Assembly: GCA_900763705.1 (NCBI GenBank)
Contig: CAAFLG010000049.1
Location: 12,424 to 76,423 of the forward strand
From: an uncultured Oscillospiraceae bacterium
GTDB lineage: Bacteria; Bacillota; Clostridia; Oscillospirales; Oscillospiraceae
DNA: 64,000 nt
Direction of reading: 5' to 3'
Below are positions 48,273 to 58,148 of this stretch, one piece after another. The notes under the pieces are model-generated. The model did not search any database, was not told the origin of the DNA, and worked only from the letters and a program-made list of their open reading frames with translations. Made by a program: the position numbers and the translations under genes. Each line of letters opens with the position of its first letter. The first letter of the stretch is position 1.

Positions 48273-48542
48273 TCATTTCTCCTCCGTATTTTGGCTTTGA
48301 GTTTGTTCTTTTTCGTGCTTTTTGATGCGCTGGATGCGGCGCAGGCACAGCAGCGTGGCCAACGCCCAGATCAGCGCGGAATAGTAAAGCGTATCCCTGT
48401 GCAGATGCAGCGCGCCGATGATGCTTGCCACACACATGATGGCAAAGATCGCACAGAAGATGGGGTCGAGCCACACGCCTTTCAGCCGTTTCAATATCCA
48501 CGCATTGACTTTGGCGTTGAACGCCATCACTTTCTTTCGCAT
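48273..48542 (-). CDS. Small 2-TM hypothetical protein
   Basis: Fills the gap between xpaC and telA; AAGG RBS; two hydrophobic segments. Confidence 0.65.
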   Translation of the reverse strand: MRKKVMAFNAKVNAWILKRLKGVWLDPIFCAIFAIMCVASIIGALHLHRDTLYYSALIWALATLLCLRRIQRIKKHEKEQTQSQNTEEK

Positions 48543-48554
48543 CGCCTTTCTCCT

Positions 48555-49235
48555 TTACAGCTCGAGCTTGATATCGTCCTGCGTGGCGGCAGCCGTACCG
48601 CCGTCGCTGCTCAGGCCCTCTTGCTTCATCATGTTTTCAAGCACCGTGATATCGGTGGAAATATCCATCGCCTCGCTGCCAAAGAGCATATCGAGCTGCT
48701 TTTCAAAGGCGGCGACGATGGTACTCATCATGCTCTCCACACGCTGCATGGTGTTATCGATATTCTCGCCGCTCACGCCCTGCGCGCCCATACGGTCATA
48801 GGCGTTCAAGATCTTAAGGGTCGTGGGCAGGTAGTAGTCCATGAACTTGCGGATCTGCGGCAGCTTCGACGGGTCGGATTTGACCTGCGCGAAAATTTTC
48901 GCGCTCAGGTCCTCGAGCCGGTCGATGTCGGCGGAGATCTTCTCATCCTTGATGGACGTGTTGAGCCGCTTCATCTCGGAGATGGCAAGATTGCCGTCCT
49001 TGATCATCTTGTCGAGCTCGGGGTTGCCGGTGCTCTCTTCCTTTTTCGGCGGGTCGGGAACTGTGACCTCCACCGTGCCGCACACGGCGTTCATGATGAA
49101 ATACACCACCGCCGATACGATGGCAATAAAGATGAACTGCGGCACGCGGTAAAGCGGGAACAGCAGCGCATAAATGACCCATGTTCCCGCCGCGGCGTAA
49201 TAGGGTACGGTGGATCTGCGTTTGACAGTTGCCAA
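48555..49235 (-). CDS. XpaC-like (5-bromo-4-chloroindolyl phosphate hydrolysis family) protein
   Basis: KFMDYYLPTTLKIL, MDISTDITVLE; TTG start with AGGAGG. Confidence 0.85.
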   Translation of the reverse strand: MATVKRRSTVPYYAAAGTWVIYALLFPLYRVPQFIFIAIVSAVVYFIMNAVCGTVEVTVPDPPKKEESTGNPELDKMIKDGNLAISEMKRLNTSIKDEKISADIDRLEDLSAKIFAQVKSDPSKLPQIRKFMDYYLPTTLKILNAYDRMGAQGVSGENIDNTMQRVESMMSTIVAAFEKQLDMLFGSEAMDISTDITVLENMMKQEGLSSDGGTAAATQDDIKLEL

Positions 49236-49403
49236 GACGATCCCCTCCTGTTTTCATAAATATTTTGACTGATATATGATATCACATCGCATCAGCGCGG
49301 TCAAGCAAAGCAAGCGCTTGAAACATCGCAATGTCGCGCTTTTTACAAAAGAAGGCGGCGTCCGGTCCAGGACGCCGCCTTCTTGCAAAATACTGCGTTT
49401 TTC

Positions 49404-50792
49404 TTATTCGTTTCGGATGGCTTCGAGCGCCGAGATCTTGACCGCCTTGTTCGCGGGCTGATAGCCGGACACCAGTCCGACCAGCACCGAGAACACCAGC
49501 GCGAAAATCACGAGCTCCGGCTTGATGACGGACGTGCGCACCACGCCTTCGCCGCCGATGAGCGCCTGCTTGATAAGCTCCCACGTGACGCCCCCGCCGC
49601 CGAACGCGCCGAACGAGAACAGATTGATGATGACGGATATGATGAAGCTGAAAATAAGCCCCAAAATGCCGCCGAGAAGGCCGATGCTGCCCGCCTCCAT
49701 CAAAAACATCGCGCGGATATCGCGCACATAGCAGCCAAGCGCCTTCATGATACCGATCTCCTTCGTACGCTCGGAGATGGACATGATCATCGTGTTCGTG
49801 ATGCCGATGGCCGCGACCAGAAGCGAGATCGCGCCGAGGCCGCCGAGCATCAGCTCGATCTGGCGGGTCTGCTTGTTGAGCTCATCGCGCATGCTCTGCA
49901 TAGAATACGTACTGTAGCCCAGGTCCTTGATGGACTGCTCCACATCCGACACGGCGTCGAGGCTCTCAGCCTTGACGTTGATGCTTGAATACTCGAACTT
50001 CGTGTCGGTCTTGCCGGTCAGGTCCTGAATAAGAGCTTTGAGCGCATTGATGTCCATCATCACGCCGTCGCTCGTCTCGTAGCCCTTGCCCCGATCTTCC
50101 TTCATCACACCGACGACCTTGAGCTCGACCTCATAGGGGGTAGGTTCGGTGCCTGTACCGTCGTCATACGGTGTGAGTACCATGGTGATGCTCGTCTTGA
50201 GCGGGTCAAAAAACGGGTCGGGGACCTTTTCCGTGTCGATATTGCCGTTTTCGTCCCAGATATATCGGTCGACATAATTTCTGCCATCCGGCATCAGCGT
50301 ATCGAAGAAGTTATAGGCAAAATACTGGCCCACGACCACCTCGTCGCTGCTCTCCGGATACCGCCCGTCCATCAGCTCAAAGCCCATGTCCTCAAGGGCG
50401 CTCGAGTCAATGCCGGCAAAATCGACCCAGTTGGCCGTGTAGCGGCCGTTGACGCCCGCTTTGAAGCCTACATTATATCCGTCGAGACTTGCCTTGGGCA
50501 TGACGGCCTGCACGCCCGCGATCTCGTGGAAGCTCTCGACCGCCTTGTCGTCAAGCTTGCTCTCCGTCTGCGTGCCGGTGCTCTGGTTGTAGCCGCGGTA
50601 GACCTCGATGATGGAGAGGTCGCCCATATTTTTGAGCATCTGGTCGTAGGACTCCTGCATGCCCGCGCCGATGGAGACCATCACGATGATGGACGTGCAG
50701 CCGATGAACACGCCCAGCACCGTCAGGATCGTGCGCCCCTTGCGCCGCGACAGGCTGTCGAAGCACATTTTCAGGATGTCTGCGAATCTCAT
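49404..50792 (-). CDS. MacB/FtsX-like ABC permease
   Basis: RTILTVLGVFIG, ERTKEIGIMKALG, PANKAVK..LEAIR. Confidence 0.93.
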   Translation of the reverse strand: MRFADILKMCFDSLSRRKGRTILTVLGVFIGCTSIIVMVSIGAGMQESYDQMLKNMGDLSIIEVYRGYNQSTGTQTESKLDDKAVESFHEIAGVQAVMPKASLDGYNVGFKAGVNGRYTANWVDFAGIDSSALEDMGFELMDGRYPESSDEVVVGQYFAYNFFDTLMPDGRNYVDRYIWDENGNIDTEKVPDPFFDPLKTSITMVLTPYDDGTGTEPTPYEVELKVVGVMKEDRGKGYETSDGVMMDINALKALIQDLTGKTDTKFEYSSINVKAESLDAVSDVEQSIKDLGYSTYSMQSMRDELNKQTRQIELMLGGLGAISLLVAAIGITNTMIMSISERTKEIGIMKALGCYVRDIRAMFLMEAGSIGLLGGILGLIFSFIISVIINLFSFGAFGGGGVTWELIKQALIGGEGVVRTSVIKPELVIFALVFSVLVGLVSGYQPANKAVKISALEAIRNE

Positions 50793-52591
50793 TTGTTCTG
50801 CTCCTCAGCGCCCGTGGCCGCAGGCTCCTTCGCTGCGGCGTCCGCTGCCTCCTTCTTCTCTTCGGCGATCTCCTCTTCGTCCCACTTGTCCCAGAGGGCC
50901 TGCTCGGCCTTCTGCTTGGCCTTTTTCTTGCGGATGCGCAGCACGACCAAAAGGACGATGAGCGCGGCGACTACCGCGATGATGACGTACTTCCACGGGA
51001 AGGTGTTCGCCGGCTCGGGGTCGATCATGCCGGGGTCGTCCATGCCGGGATCGGTCGGCTCATAGGCCATGGCCTCGACGCTCGCCTCAAAGACGCGCTC
51101 TTTCGTGTTGCCGTTGGAATCTTCGTAGGTGATAACGATCTTGACCTGATTCTCGCCCTCCAGCTGCGGGGTCACGGCGAAGGCGATGGTGCCGTTCTTG
51201 CCGCCGTCGATCGTGCCGACGCGCTGATAAGGCGTGGGGGAATCAATGTCGCCGGAGATGGTCGCCTCGACGTTGCTGATGGCGCTCTTGCCCTTGTTGA
51301 CATAGTCGATCGTCAGGCTCGTCTCCTCGCCGACGTAGCCGGTGTAGGCGGTCTTGGGCTCGCTGAGCTCAAAGCGGTCGGGCTGATAGAGCGGCACGCT
51401 CAGCGAGAGGGACGCGCTGCCGGATTTGCGGGCGTTCTGATCGACATACTCGTAGGTGATGGCGATCTGCACCTCCTGCGCGCTGGCGCTGATGAGCTGC
51501 GCGGCCTTCATCGGCACGGTGACGGTCTTGCTGCCGCTCGCGGCAACAGATTCAAAGTAGAACGTGTTCGTCGAGCCGTTGAGCATCAGGTCCTGACCGC
51601 CGGTGACGGTGACCATGACGTTTTCGATCTTGATGGTCTTGCTGGTGTTCGTGAACGAGAAGCTCAGGTTCGTGCTTGAGCCCGCCGCAACGGACGAACC
51701 GCCGTAGTTGTACTTCGAGAGGATGACGATGGGCGTGGGGCTTGCGACTCCCTCTTCATTCTGCGTATCCTTGGTGACGATCGCGGGCACGTTGACAGAA
51801 CCGGACGCGCTGCCGGAGGTCGCCGCGCTCGTGCCGTTGTCGTAGTAGAAATTGGCATCCACCTTGAGCGACTGGCTTGCGCTCGTGATCTTATCCACCG
51901 CCTTGACCGACACCAGCACAACGCCCGACTGGTTCGGGCGGATATCGTCGAGCGTGTAGGCGCTCTGGGAATCGGTGATCATCAGCCCCTCCGAGGGCGT
52001 GACGGTCACCATCGGGGCGCGCATCGTCGTGGTACCGACATTCTTGACATAGATCGAAATGATCTTGCTCTCACCGGCGGCAATGCTGCTCATCGCCGCG
52101 TCGGAGTTGAAAACCGCGTGCGGTTCGGGGATGACGGTGGGGGCGGGCTTTTCCGGCTCGGTGTAGGGCACACATTCGCTGATCGTCAGGCTGAAGGTCT
52201 GGTTGCTCACTTCATTGCCGTTTTCGTCTGCATAGTAAACGGTAAAGCTCAGGCTGTTGCCCGTGCCGGAATAGGAGAGGTTGTAGAGCATGAACGATGC
52301 CGTGCCGTTTTCTTCGTTGCTGATGTTGCCGGCATCGCCGCCGCGGAACGAGTCGACGCCGCGCACGACGCGCTTGACCGTGCCGCTGCCGCCGATGCGG
52401 GAAAGGCTGACCGCAAAGTTCGCCGTCTGGTTCGTTTCAATGCTGTAGGCGCCCGCGTTGTAGCCGGTAACAAGGTAATTGGTGCCGCTGCTGCCTGCGC
52501 CAGGCTTGTTGTCCGCCTGTACCGGCAGGAGCGATGCGCACAGCAAAAGCGCAAGGCACAGGGAAAGCAGAGATCTTCTGATGCGTTTCAT
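50789..52591 (-). CDS. Secreted, C-terminally anchored multi-beta-domain protein (COG1361/CARDB-like)
   Basis: Signal peptide, repeated Ig-like segments (VKNVG, FTNTS, YVNKGK), C-terminal TM and basic tail. Confidence 0.75.
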   Translation of the reverse strand: MKRIRRSLLSLCLALLLCASLLPVQADNKPGAGSSGTNYLVTGYNAGAYSIETNQTANFAVSLSRIGGSGTVKRVVRGVDSFRGGDAGNISNEENGTASFMLYNLSYSGTGNSLSFTVYYADENGNEVSNQTFSLTISECVPYTEPEKPAPTVIPEPHAVFNSDAAMSSIAAGESKIISIYVKNVGTTTMRAPMVTVTPSEGLMITDSQSAYTLDDIRPNQSGVVLVSVKAVDKITSASQSLKVDANFYYDNGTSAATSGSASGSVNVPAIVTKDTQNEEGVASPTPIVILSKYNYGGSSVAAGSSTNLSFSFTNTSKTIKIENVMVTVTGGQDLMLNGSTNTFYFESVAASGSKTVTVPMKAAQLISASAQEVQIAITYEYVDQNARKSGSASLSLSVPLYQPDRFELSEPKTAYTGYVGEETSLTIDYVNKGKSAISNVEATISGDIDSPTPYQRVGTIDGGKNGTIAFAVTPQLEGENQVKIVITYEDSNGNTKERVFEASVEAMAYEPTDPGMDDPGMIDPEPANTFPWKYVIIAVVAALIVLLVVLRIRKKKAKQKAEQALWDKWDEEEIAEEKKEAADAAAKEPAATGAEEQNK

Positions 52592-52606
52592 GTTCGATTT
52601 CCTCCG

Positions 52607-53344
52607 TTATTCGATGTAGGTGTCGGCGTCGATCTCCGCCTTGACCTGATTTTTCACGTCGCTGACGATGTTGCCGTCGATGAGCGTCACGATGCGGTCG
52701 GCATACTCGGTCATCTCCGGGTCATGCGAAACGAGCACGATCGTCTGATGGAAGCGGTGGGCAAAGCCGCGGATCATGTGCATGACCTCTTTCGTCGTCT
52801 TCGAGTCGAGGTTGCCGGTCGGCTCGTCGGCGAACACCACCTCCGGGTGCGTGACAAATGCGCGCGCGATACCCACGCGCTGCTGCTGGCCGCCGGACAT
52901 CTGGTTGGGGAAATGGTCCATGCGGTCTTTGAGTCCCACGCGGCAGAGCATTTTCTTTGCCTCGATGATCCTCGTCTCCGGGTCCACGCCCCGGAACATC
53001 AGGGGCATGGCGACATTTTCCGCCGCCGTCAGCTCCGGCAGCAGGTTGTAGGACTGGAAAACGAAGCCGATGTGCTTCTGGCGGAAGGCGGCAAGCTGGT
53101 TCTCGTTCAGCCGCGAGATCGGCACGCCGCCGATGCGCACCACGCCGCGCGTGGGCTTTTCAAGGCCGGCGAGCTGGTTGAGCAGCGTCGATTTACCGCT
53201 GCCGGACGTACCGAAAATGCAGCACACCTCGCCGCGCGCGATATCCAGATTGATGTTGTGGAGCGCGACCACGTGCTCCTGTCCCATCATGTATACCTTT
53301 CGGAGCTTGCGCACCGATATGACGGGCTTCTGATCAGTTTCCAT
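52607..53344 (-). CDS. ABC ATP-binding protein (LolD/MacB type)
   Basis: [26 protein letters not shown]. Confidence 0.95.
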   Translation of the reverse strand: METDQKPVISVRKLRKVYMMGQEHVVALHNINLDIARGEVCCIFGTSGSGKSTLLNQLAGLEKPTRGVVRIGGVPISRLNENQLAAFRQKHIGFVFQSYNLLPELTAAENVAMPLMFRGVDPETRIIEAKKMLCRVGLKDRMDHFPNQMSGGQQQRVGIARAFVTHPEVVFADEPTGNLDSKTTKEVMHMIRGFAHRFHQTIVLVSHDPEMTEYADRIVTLIDGNIVSDVKNQVKAEIDADTYIE

Positions 53345-53481
53345 CGCAAATTCTCCTCATTCTAAGCTGTTTCTTATTATAAGCCCATCGCACGGGAAAG
53401 TCGTTACAATCGGGCGCGATTTGGTTACAATTTTTTTAAGATTTGTTTAATCTTCGCCGCAAGATCCTTCTGCTTTCTTTA

Positions 53482-53507
53482 GACGAAGAAAAGCGAAAAA
53501 AGTTTCC
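53482..53507 (-). promoter_or_regulatory. Putative ECF-sigma promoter of the ABC operon
   Basis: Minus strand GGAAAC-16-CGTC(TAA). Confidence 0.6.
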
Positions 53508-53568
53508 GAAAGCGCGCAAAAAAACGGCGGACTTTTTGAAGTCCGCCGTTTTTTTAGTTCATGCCGTT

Positions 53569-54552
53569 TTAGTCCAGCGGCACGTCGGGCAGGACGTAGA
53601 CCGTCATCTCTCCGCCGCTCGTGTCGATGGACACGGTGTCGTCGATGGGCTGCGTCAGCGCCGCGTCCGCATAGAGCGTGCAGCCCATGCTGCAGCAGAT
53701 GGTGACATACGTTCCCTTCTCCACATTGTATTCCTTCTCCGACCAATCTCCCGCACTCTTTTTCGGGAAGCAGACCGTCAGCAGGCAGGAGTTCTCGTTC
53801 GCATCGTCCGTCGCGCGCACGACCTCGTTCAAAATCTCGCGATCCGGCTCGTAGGGCTCATCGTAGCTCCAGTTGTAGAGCGTCGTGCCCATCTCCGTCG
53901 CGCTGCCCTCGCCGTCCGCCATATAGTCGGTCACGGACATGGCAAGCAGCTCGCCCGTCTCGGGATCGGCATAGTAGAGGGTGGTATAGTAGTAGCCGTC
54001 CTGATCGTCAAAGCGCGTGGTGGTCGAGAGCAGCACCGCGCCGTCCTGCTCGCTGCGCTCGTCAAGCGTTTCCTCGGCATTCTTGGCGGCGGGGTCTGTG
54101 CCCTGCGGCAGCATTTCAAGAAGATACTCCGTCCCCTCGCCCGGAATGGGATAGATGTTCAGGCTCGCACTGTCGTCGCTCGTCATGCGTGTGGCGTACA
54201 GGCTGCCGTTCCCCTGGCACCACAGCTCATCCTCGCCCGGGCCGCTGTTGGCGGTATAGTTGTAGTGCGAGGACATGAGGATCGATCCGTCACCCCCGTC
54301 CGTGTACTGCAATCTCGCGGTATAGGTCACCTCGCCGTCCCGGTCAGTGCCCTGAATGTTCACGGTCACGGCGTCGTACTTTTCGAGCAGTACGCACGGA
54401 TCGTTGACCTCGCGCAGCGTTTCGAGCGTCACGTCCTTCGGCGTGTCGTCCTTGCCGCCGTCCCCATCGTCCTTGCCGCCCTGCGTGCCGCAGCCGGCAA
54501 GAAGTGCCGCGACGCAAAGCGCGGCAATGCCAGTTTTCTTCCAATTCTTCAT
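53569..54552 (-). CDS. Acidic lipoprotein of unknown function
   Basis: MKNWKK..LLAGC lipobox; AAGGAG RBS; C-terminus weakly resembles an InlB B-repeat. Confidence 0.78.
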   Translation of the reverse strand: MKNWKKTGIAALCVAALLAGCGTQGGKDDGDGGKDDTPKDVTLETLREVNDPCVLLEKYDAVTVNIQGTDRDGEVTYTARLQYTDGGDGSILMSSHYNYTANSGPGEDELWCQGNGSLYATRMTSDDSASLNIYPIPGEGTEYLLEMLPQGTDPAAKNAEETLDERSEQDGAVLLSTTTRFDDQDGYYYTTLYYADPETGELLAMSVTDYMADGEGSATEMGTTLYNWSYDEPYEPDREILNEVVRATDDANENSCLLTVCFPKKSAGDWSEKEYNVEKGTYVTICCSMGCTLYADAALTQPIDDTVSIDTSGGEMTVYVLPDVPLD

Positions 54553-54670
54553 CGTTCTTTCTCCTTTCGCTTCGGATGGCGGCAGCGCACCCCCGGCGCG
54601 CTGCCGCCGCCTGAACTATGGATTTTTCCATCTTCCGTGCGCAGCTTTTTTCGTCACGCACAAAGGCTTA

Positions 54671-54696
54671 GACGAAGACTTTTCCAAAAAGTTGCA
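54671..54696 (-). promoter_or_regulatory. Putative ECF-sigma promoter of the lipoprotein gene
   Basis: Minus strand TGCAAC-16-CGTC(TAA). Confidence 0.6.
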
Positions 54697-54796
54697 CGTT
54701 TTTGAAAAAATTTTGAAAAATTTTTCCCATATCTTGCCTTTTCTCTCCGCAGGCCATACAATGAAGAAAATTTTGGCAAGGATGAAGGGCTTTCAC

Positions 54797-55741
54797 ATGA
54801 ACTACATCGGCATCGATCTTGGCGGCACGAACATCAAGGGTGCGCTCGTGAGCGAGCAGGGCGAAATTTTGAGAGAGCACGCCGTCGAAACGCGCGTTGA
54901 CCTCGGCCCCGAAGCCATCGCGGCGCGCATCGGCCAAGTCATCGCGCAGCTTTGCGAAGACACGGACGAGTCCGCCATCGGCGGCGTGGGCGTCGGCTGT
55001 CCCGGCACGGTGGACGATGCAAGCGGCATCGTCCGCTTTGCGGCAAACCTGAATTTTATCAATTTTGACCTCAGAGGTGCGCTGCGCGCGTATACGGCGC
55101 TCCCCATTCACCTCGGCAACGACGCCAACGCCGCCGCGCTGGGCGAGGCGCTCTTTGGCTGCGGCAAGGGGGCGGAGAGCACCATCGTCGTCACGCTCGG
55201 CACAGGCGTGGGCGGCGGCGTGGTGCTCGGCGGCAAGCTTTTAACGGGCTATACGGGCGCGGCAAGCGAGCTTGGGCACATGGTCATCGTGGAAAACGGC
55301 GAACAATGCACCTGCGGCCGCCGCGGCTGCTTTGAGGCCTACTCCTCCGCAACAGCCCTCATCCGCGACACAAAGCGTGCCATGGCCGCGCACCCCGAGA
55401 GCCTGCTGCACGCGATTGCCGCGGAGCGGGGCGGTGTTGACGGCCGCACGGCCTTTCTCGCACAGTCGCACGGCGACGAGGCGGGCGCAAAGGTCGTGGC
55501 GGATTACATCGAGCACCTCGCCTGCGCTCTAACGAATCTCGTCAACATCTTCTTTCCCGAGGTGCTCGCGCTCTCCGGCGGCGTTGCCAATCAGGGCGAA
55601 GCGCTGCTCGCGCCGCTGCGCGAAAAGGTGCGCGAGCGCTCCTTCGGTTCTCGCTATGCCGCCTCGCACACGCGCATCGAGCGCTGCACGCTCGGCTATC
55701 GCGCGGGCGTGATCGGTGCGGCGATGCTAGCGCGCAAATAA
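54797..55741 (+). CDS. ROK family sugar kinase (glucokinase-like)
   Basis: IGIDLGGT, NDANAAA, LGTGVGGG, ELGH, CTCGRRGCFE. Confidence 0.93.
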   Translation: MNYIGIDLGGTNIKGALVSEQGEILREHAVETRVDLGPEAIAARIGQVIAQLCEDTDESAIGGVGVGCPGTVDDASGIVRFAANLNFINFDLRGALRAYTALPIHLGNDANAAALGEALFGCGKGAESTIVVTLGTGVGGGVVLGGKLLTGYTGAASELGHMVIVENGEQCTCGRRGCFEAYSSATALIRDTKRAMAAHPESLLHAIAAERGGVDGRTAFLAQSHGDEAGAKVVADYIEHLACALTNLVNIFFPEVLALSGGVANQGEALLAPLREKVRERSFGSRYAASHTRIERCTLGYRAGVIGAAMLARK

Positions 55742-55798
55742 ACCGTGCTTTGTCAAAGAGCTCCGCAGAGAAGCACTCTGCGGAGCCCTTTTTATCGT

Positions 55799-56698
55799 TC
55801 AGCGCTCCGGCACTTTCATCACCGCGGTGCTTTCAACGCCCTTTTCCCCTTCCATGAGGATCTGCACTTCCTCCACGCCGCTGAGCGAGAGGATGGAGCG
55901 CTCGATCGATGCGATCAGCAGCTCGCGCGCATCCTTGTCCTCCGGAAGATCGGCGCTCGCGGGGATGCTCAGATAGCACACACCGTCCTCGATGCGCGAG
56001 GAGATGACGGAGAAATCCTCGGGAAGGAGCGCTTTGAGGGAATCGTCCTCCGGTCCCTGCGAGAGCGCCTCGAGCAGCGCGTTCACGCGCGTCTGGCCTT
56101 CATAAAGGGCGAGCGTCTGCTGCTCGGCGCGCAGCGCGCCCGTCTTGCCGTCAAGGAAGTAAAGCTGCACCGTGATGGGCCGCACGCCGCTCTCGCGGGA
56201 AGACAGCAGCGTATCCGCCGCGAGCAGGACCTGCGTTTTGCGGTAAGGCAGTTCGCTTCCAGCGGCCGTGATGCGCACGGCGTTCACGTTCGCAAGCTGC
56301 GAGAGCGTGAGCGTGATGCAGTAGTCCGCGAGCGAAAGGTCGATGCCGGAAAGGCGCGCATACTGCGCGCTCAGGTCGATCTCCGCGCGGCGGCCCGAGA
56401 CGGAGAGCGAGCGAAGCGTCGTCCCGTCGGGAATGGGCGAGCGGAGAGATGCCTCATCCGGCCCCGCGAGCAGGCGCTCCATCAGCGCGCGCACGCAGTC
56501 CTCGGTGTCCATCGTCTCATCCGGAACAAAGCGCTCCGAGGAAGCGGCAATGGCGTCGCCCCCGCCGGAAGAATCGAGGTCCGAGAGGAAATAGAGCGCG
56601 TAGCCGCTCTCCTCCTCGTCCTGCGCGCCGCCCGCGCAGGCGGCAAAGGCGATCAGCGCCGCAAAGATCGCAAGGGCAAGCAGAGAGAATTTTTTCAT
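55799..56698 (-). CDS. GerMN domain lipoprotein (two GerMN repeats)
   Basis: FAAC lipobox; LLAGP..SPIPDGT and LSQGPE..LLPED repeats. Confidence 0.85.
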   Translation of the reverse strand: MKKFSLLALAIFAALIAFAACAGGAQDEEESGYALYFLSDLDSSGGGDAIAASSERFVPDETMDTEDCVRALMERLLAGPDEASLRSPIPDGTTLRSLSVSGRRAEIDLSAQYARLSGIDLSLADYCITLTLSQLANVNAVRITAAGSELPYRKTQVLLAADTLLSSRESGVRPITVQLYFLDGKTGALRAEQQTLALYEGQTRVNALLEALSQGPEDDSLKALLPEDFSVISSRIEDGVCYLSIPASADLPEDKDARELLIASIERSILSLSGVEEVQILMEGEKGVESTAVMKVPER

Positions 56699-58110
56699 CG
56701 CTCCTCCCCTCCTTCCCCGCAGCGCGGCAGACGCACGGTGAACACCGTGCCGCCGCCCTCACGCACGCCGACCTGGATGCTGCCGCCGCGGCGGCGCGCC
56801 GTGTCGGCAGCGATGGAAAGGCCGAGGCCCGTTCCGCCCGCCGCGCGCGAGCGCATCTTGTCCACGCGGTAAAAGCGGTCAAAGATGCGGGGCATATCCT
56901 CCTGCGGGATGCCGATGCCATTGTCGCTGACGGTGATGAGGCACGTCTCCGCGTCCCCCGCCAGCGCCACGCGGACAAAACCGCCGGGGCGGTTGTACTT
57001 GATGGCATTTTCCGTCAGGTTGTAGATGATCTCGTTGAGCTCATCCTCGCTTGCAAGCGTTCTCCCCTCGCGCCGGATCTCATAGGAGAGGTCGACCTTC
57101 TTTTCCTCGGCCACAAGGCGCAGCATCCGCACCACGCGCGCGATGACCGGAGCGATATCGACCATCTGCGCCTCGCTCAGCGCGCCGCTGTCAAGGCGTG
57201 TCAGGCGCAGCAGATTTTCCGTGATGCGCGCGAGCCTTTCGGACTCCTGCTCGATATCGCCGACAAATTCGCGCACGGTCCGCTCGTCCATGTTCTCCGT
57301 CTGCAAGATGGAATCGGAGAGCAGGCGGATGCCCGCCAGCGGCGTTTTGAGCTCGTGGCTCGCGTCGGAGACGAAGCGGCGGCGCGCCTCCTCAGTCGTC
57401 TGGAGGCGGTCGGCCATGGCGTTGAACTCCACGGCAAGATCATATATCTCGTCGTTGCCGCCGACCTCGGCGTGATGGCTGTAAGAGCCCTCTCGCATCT
57501 TCTGCACCGCCTCGGTCAGAACGCCGAAGCGCCGTGTCAGCACGCGTGAGAGCAGCAGGCTCAGCCCCACGGCGAAGACCGTCACGACCACGGAAATGGT
57601 CAGAAGATTGCGCTGCATCGACAGCAGCAGCGCCGCCTGTTCAGTATCGTATTCGTAGGCGTAGACCGCACCGATGGTCTGGCTGTGATAAACGATGGGC
57701 GAGGCGGCGCGGCTTTTGAAAGCACCGCCCGAAAATTCGACAAAGGCGACATCCTCGCCCCGCAGCGCCTGCACAAGCTCGGTATAAAAGGCGTAGCGGC
57801 CGATGGCCCCGTCGGTCTCACGCGTATCGTAGAGCACGCGGCCGGAAGCGTCGGTCACAAGGATGCGGGAGATGCCCGTTTGCTCAACGAGCGTCATCGC
57901 GCCCGCGACATTTTCCTCGCTCAGCTCCTCAAGGCCCGAGAGCGCCGTCACCATCACCGAGACGCTGCTTTGCAGCGAGCTCTGCTTGGAGCGGAACGTC
58001 AGGTTCTCCGAGGCGATGAGCGGGTAGGTATTCATCAGGATCAGCACCGCCGCGATGATGGCGATGTAGCTGAAGCTGAATTTTCGCTGTAGGCTCGCCC
58101 CTCTGCGCAT
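56695..58110 (-). CDS. HAMP-domain sensor histidine kinase
   Basis: Two TM, DASHELKTPL, ENAIKY, DNGIG, GGTGLGL. Confidence 0.95.
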   Translation of the reverse strand: MRRGASLQRKFSFSYIAIIAAVLILMNTYPLIASENLTFRSKQSSLQSSVSVMVTALSGLEELSEENVAGAMTLVEQTGISRILVTDASGRVLYDTRETDGAIGRYAFYTELVQALRGEDVAFVEFSGGAFKSRAASPIVYHSQTIGAVYAYEYDTEQAALLLSMQRNLLTISVVVTVFAVGLSLLLSRVLTRRFGVLTEAVQKMREGSYSHHAEVGGNDEIYDLAVEFNAMADRLQTTEEARRRFVSDASHELKTPLAGIRLLSDSILQTENMDERTVREFVGDIEQESERLARITENLLRLTRLDSGALSEAQMVDIAPVIARVVRMLRLVAEEKKVDLSYEIRREGRTLASEDELNEIIYNLTENAIKYNRPGGFVRVALAGDAETCLITVSDNGIGIPQEDMPRIFDRFYRVDKMRSRAAGGTGLGLSIAADTARRRGGSIQVGVREGGGTVFTVRLPRCGEGGEER

Positions 58111-58148
58111 GGCGCTGCCTCCTCTCTTGCCGTGGTTTCTTTGCCGGT

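Noticed and set aside
54356..54796. N-terminal extension making the ROK protein a repressor
   Set aside because: Overlaps the lipoprotein gene and intergenic DNA, has no HTH; the kinase domain starts at 54797
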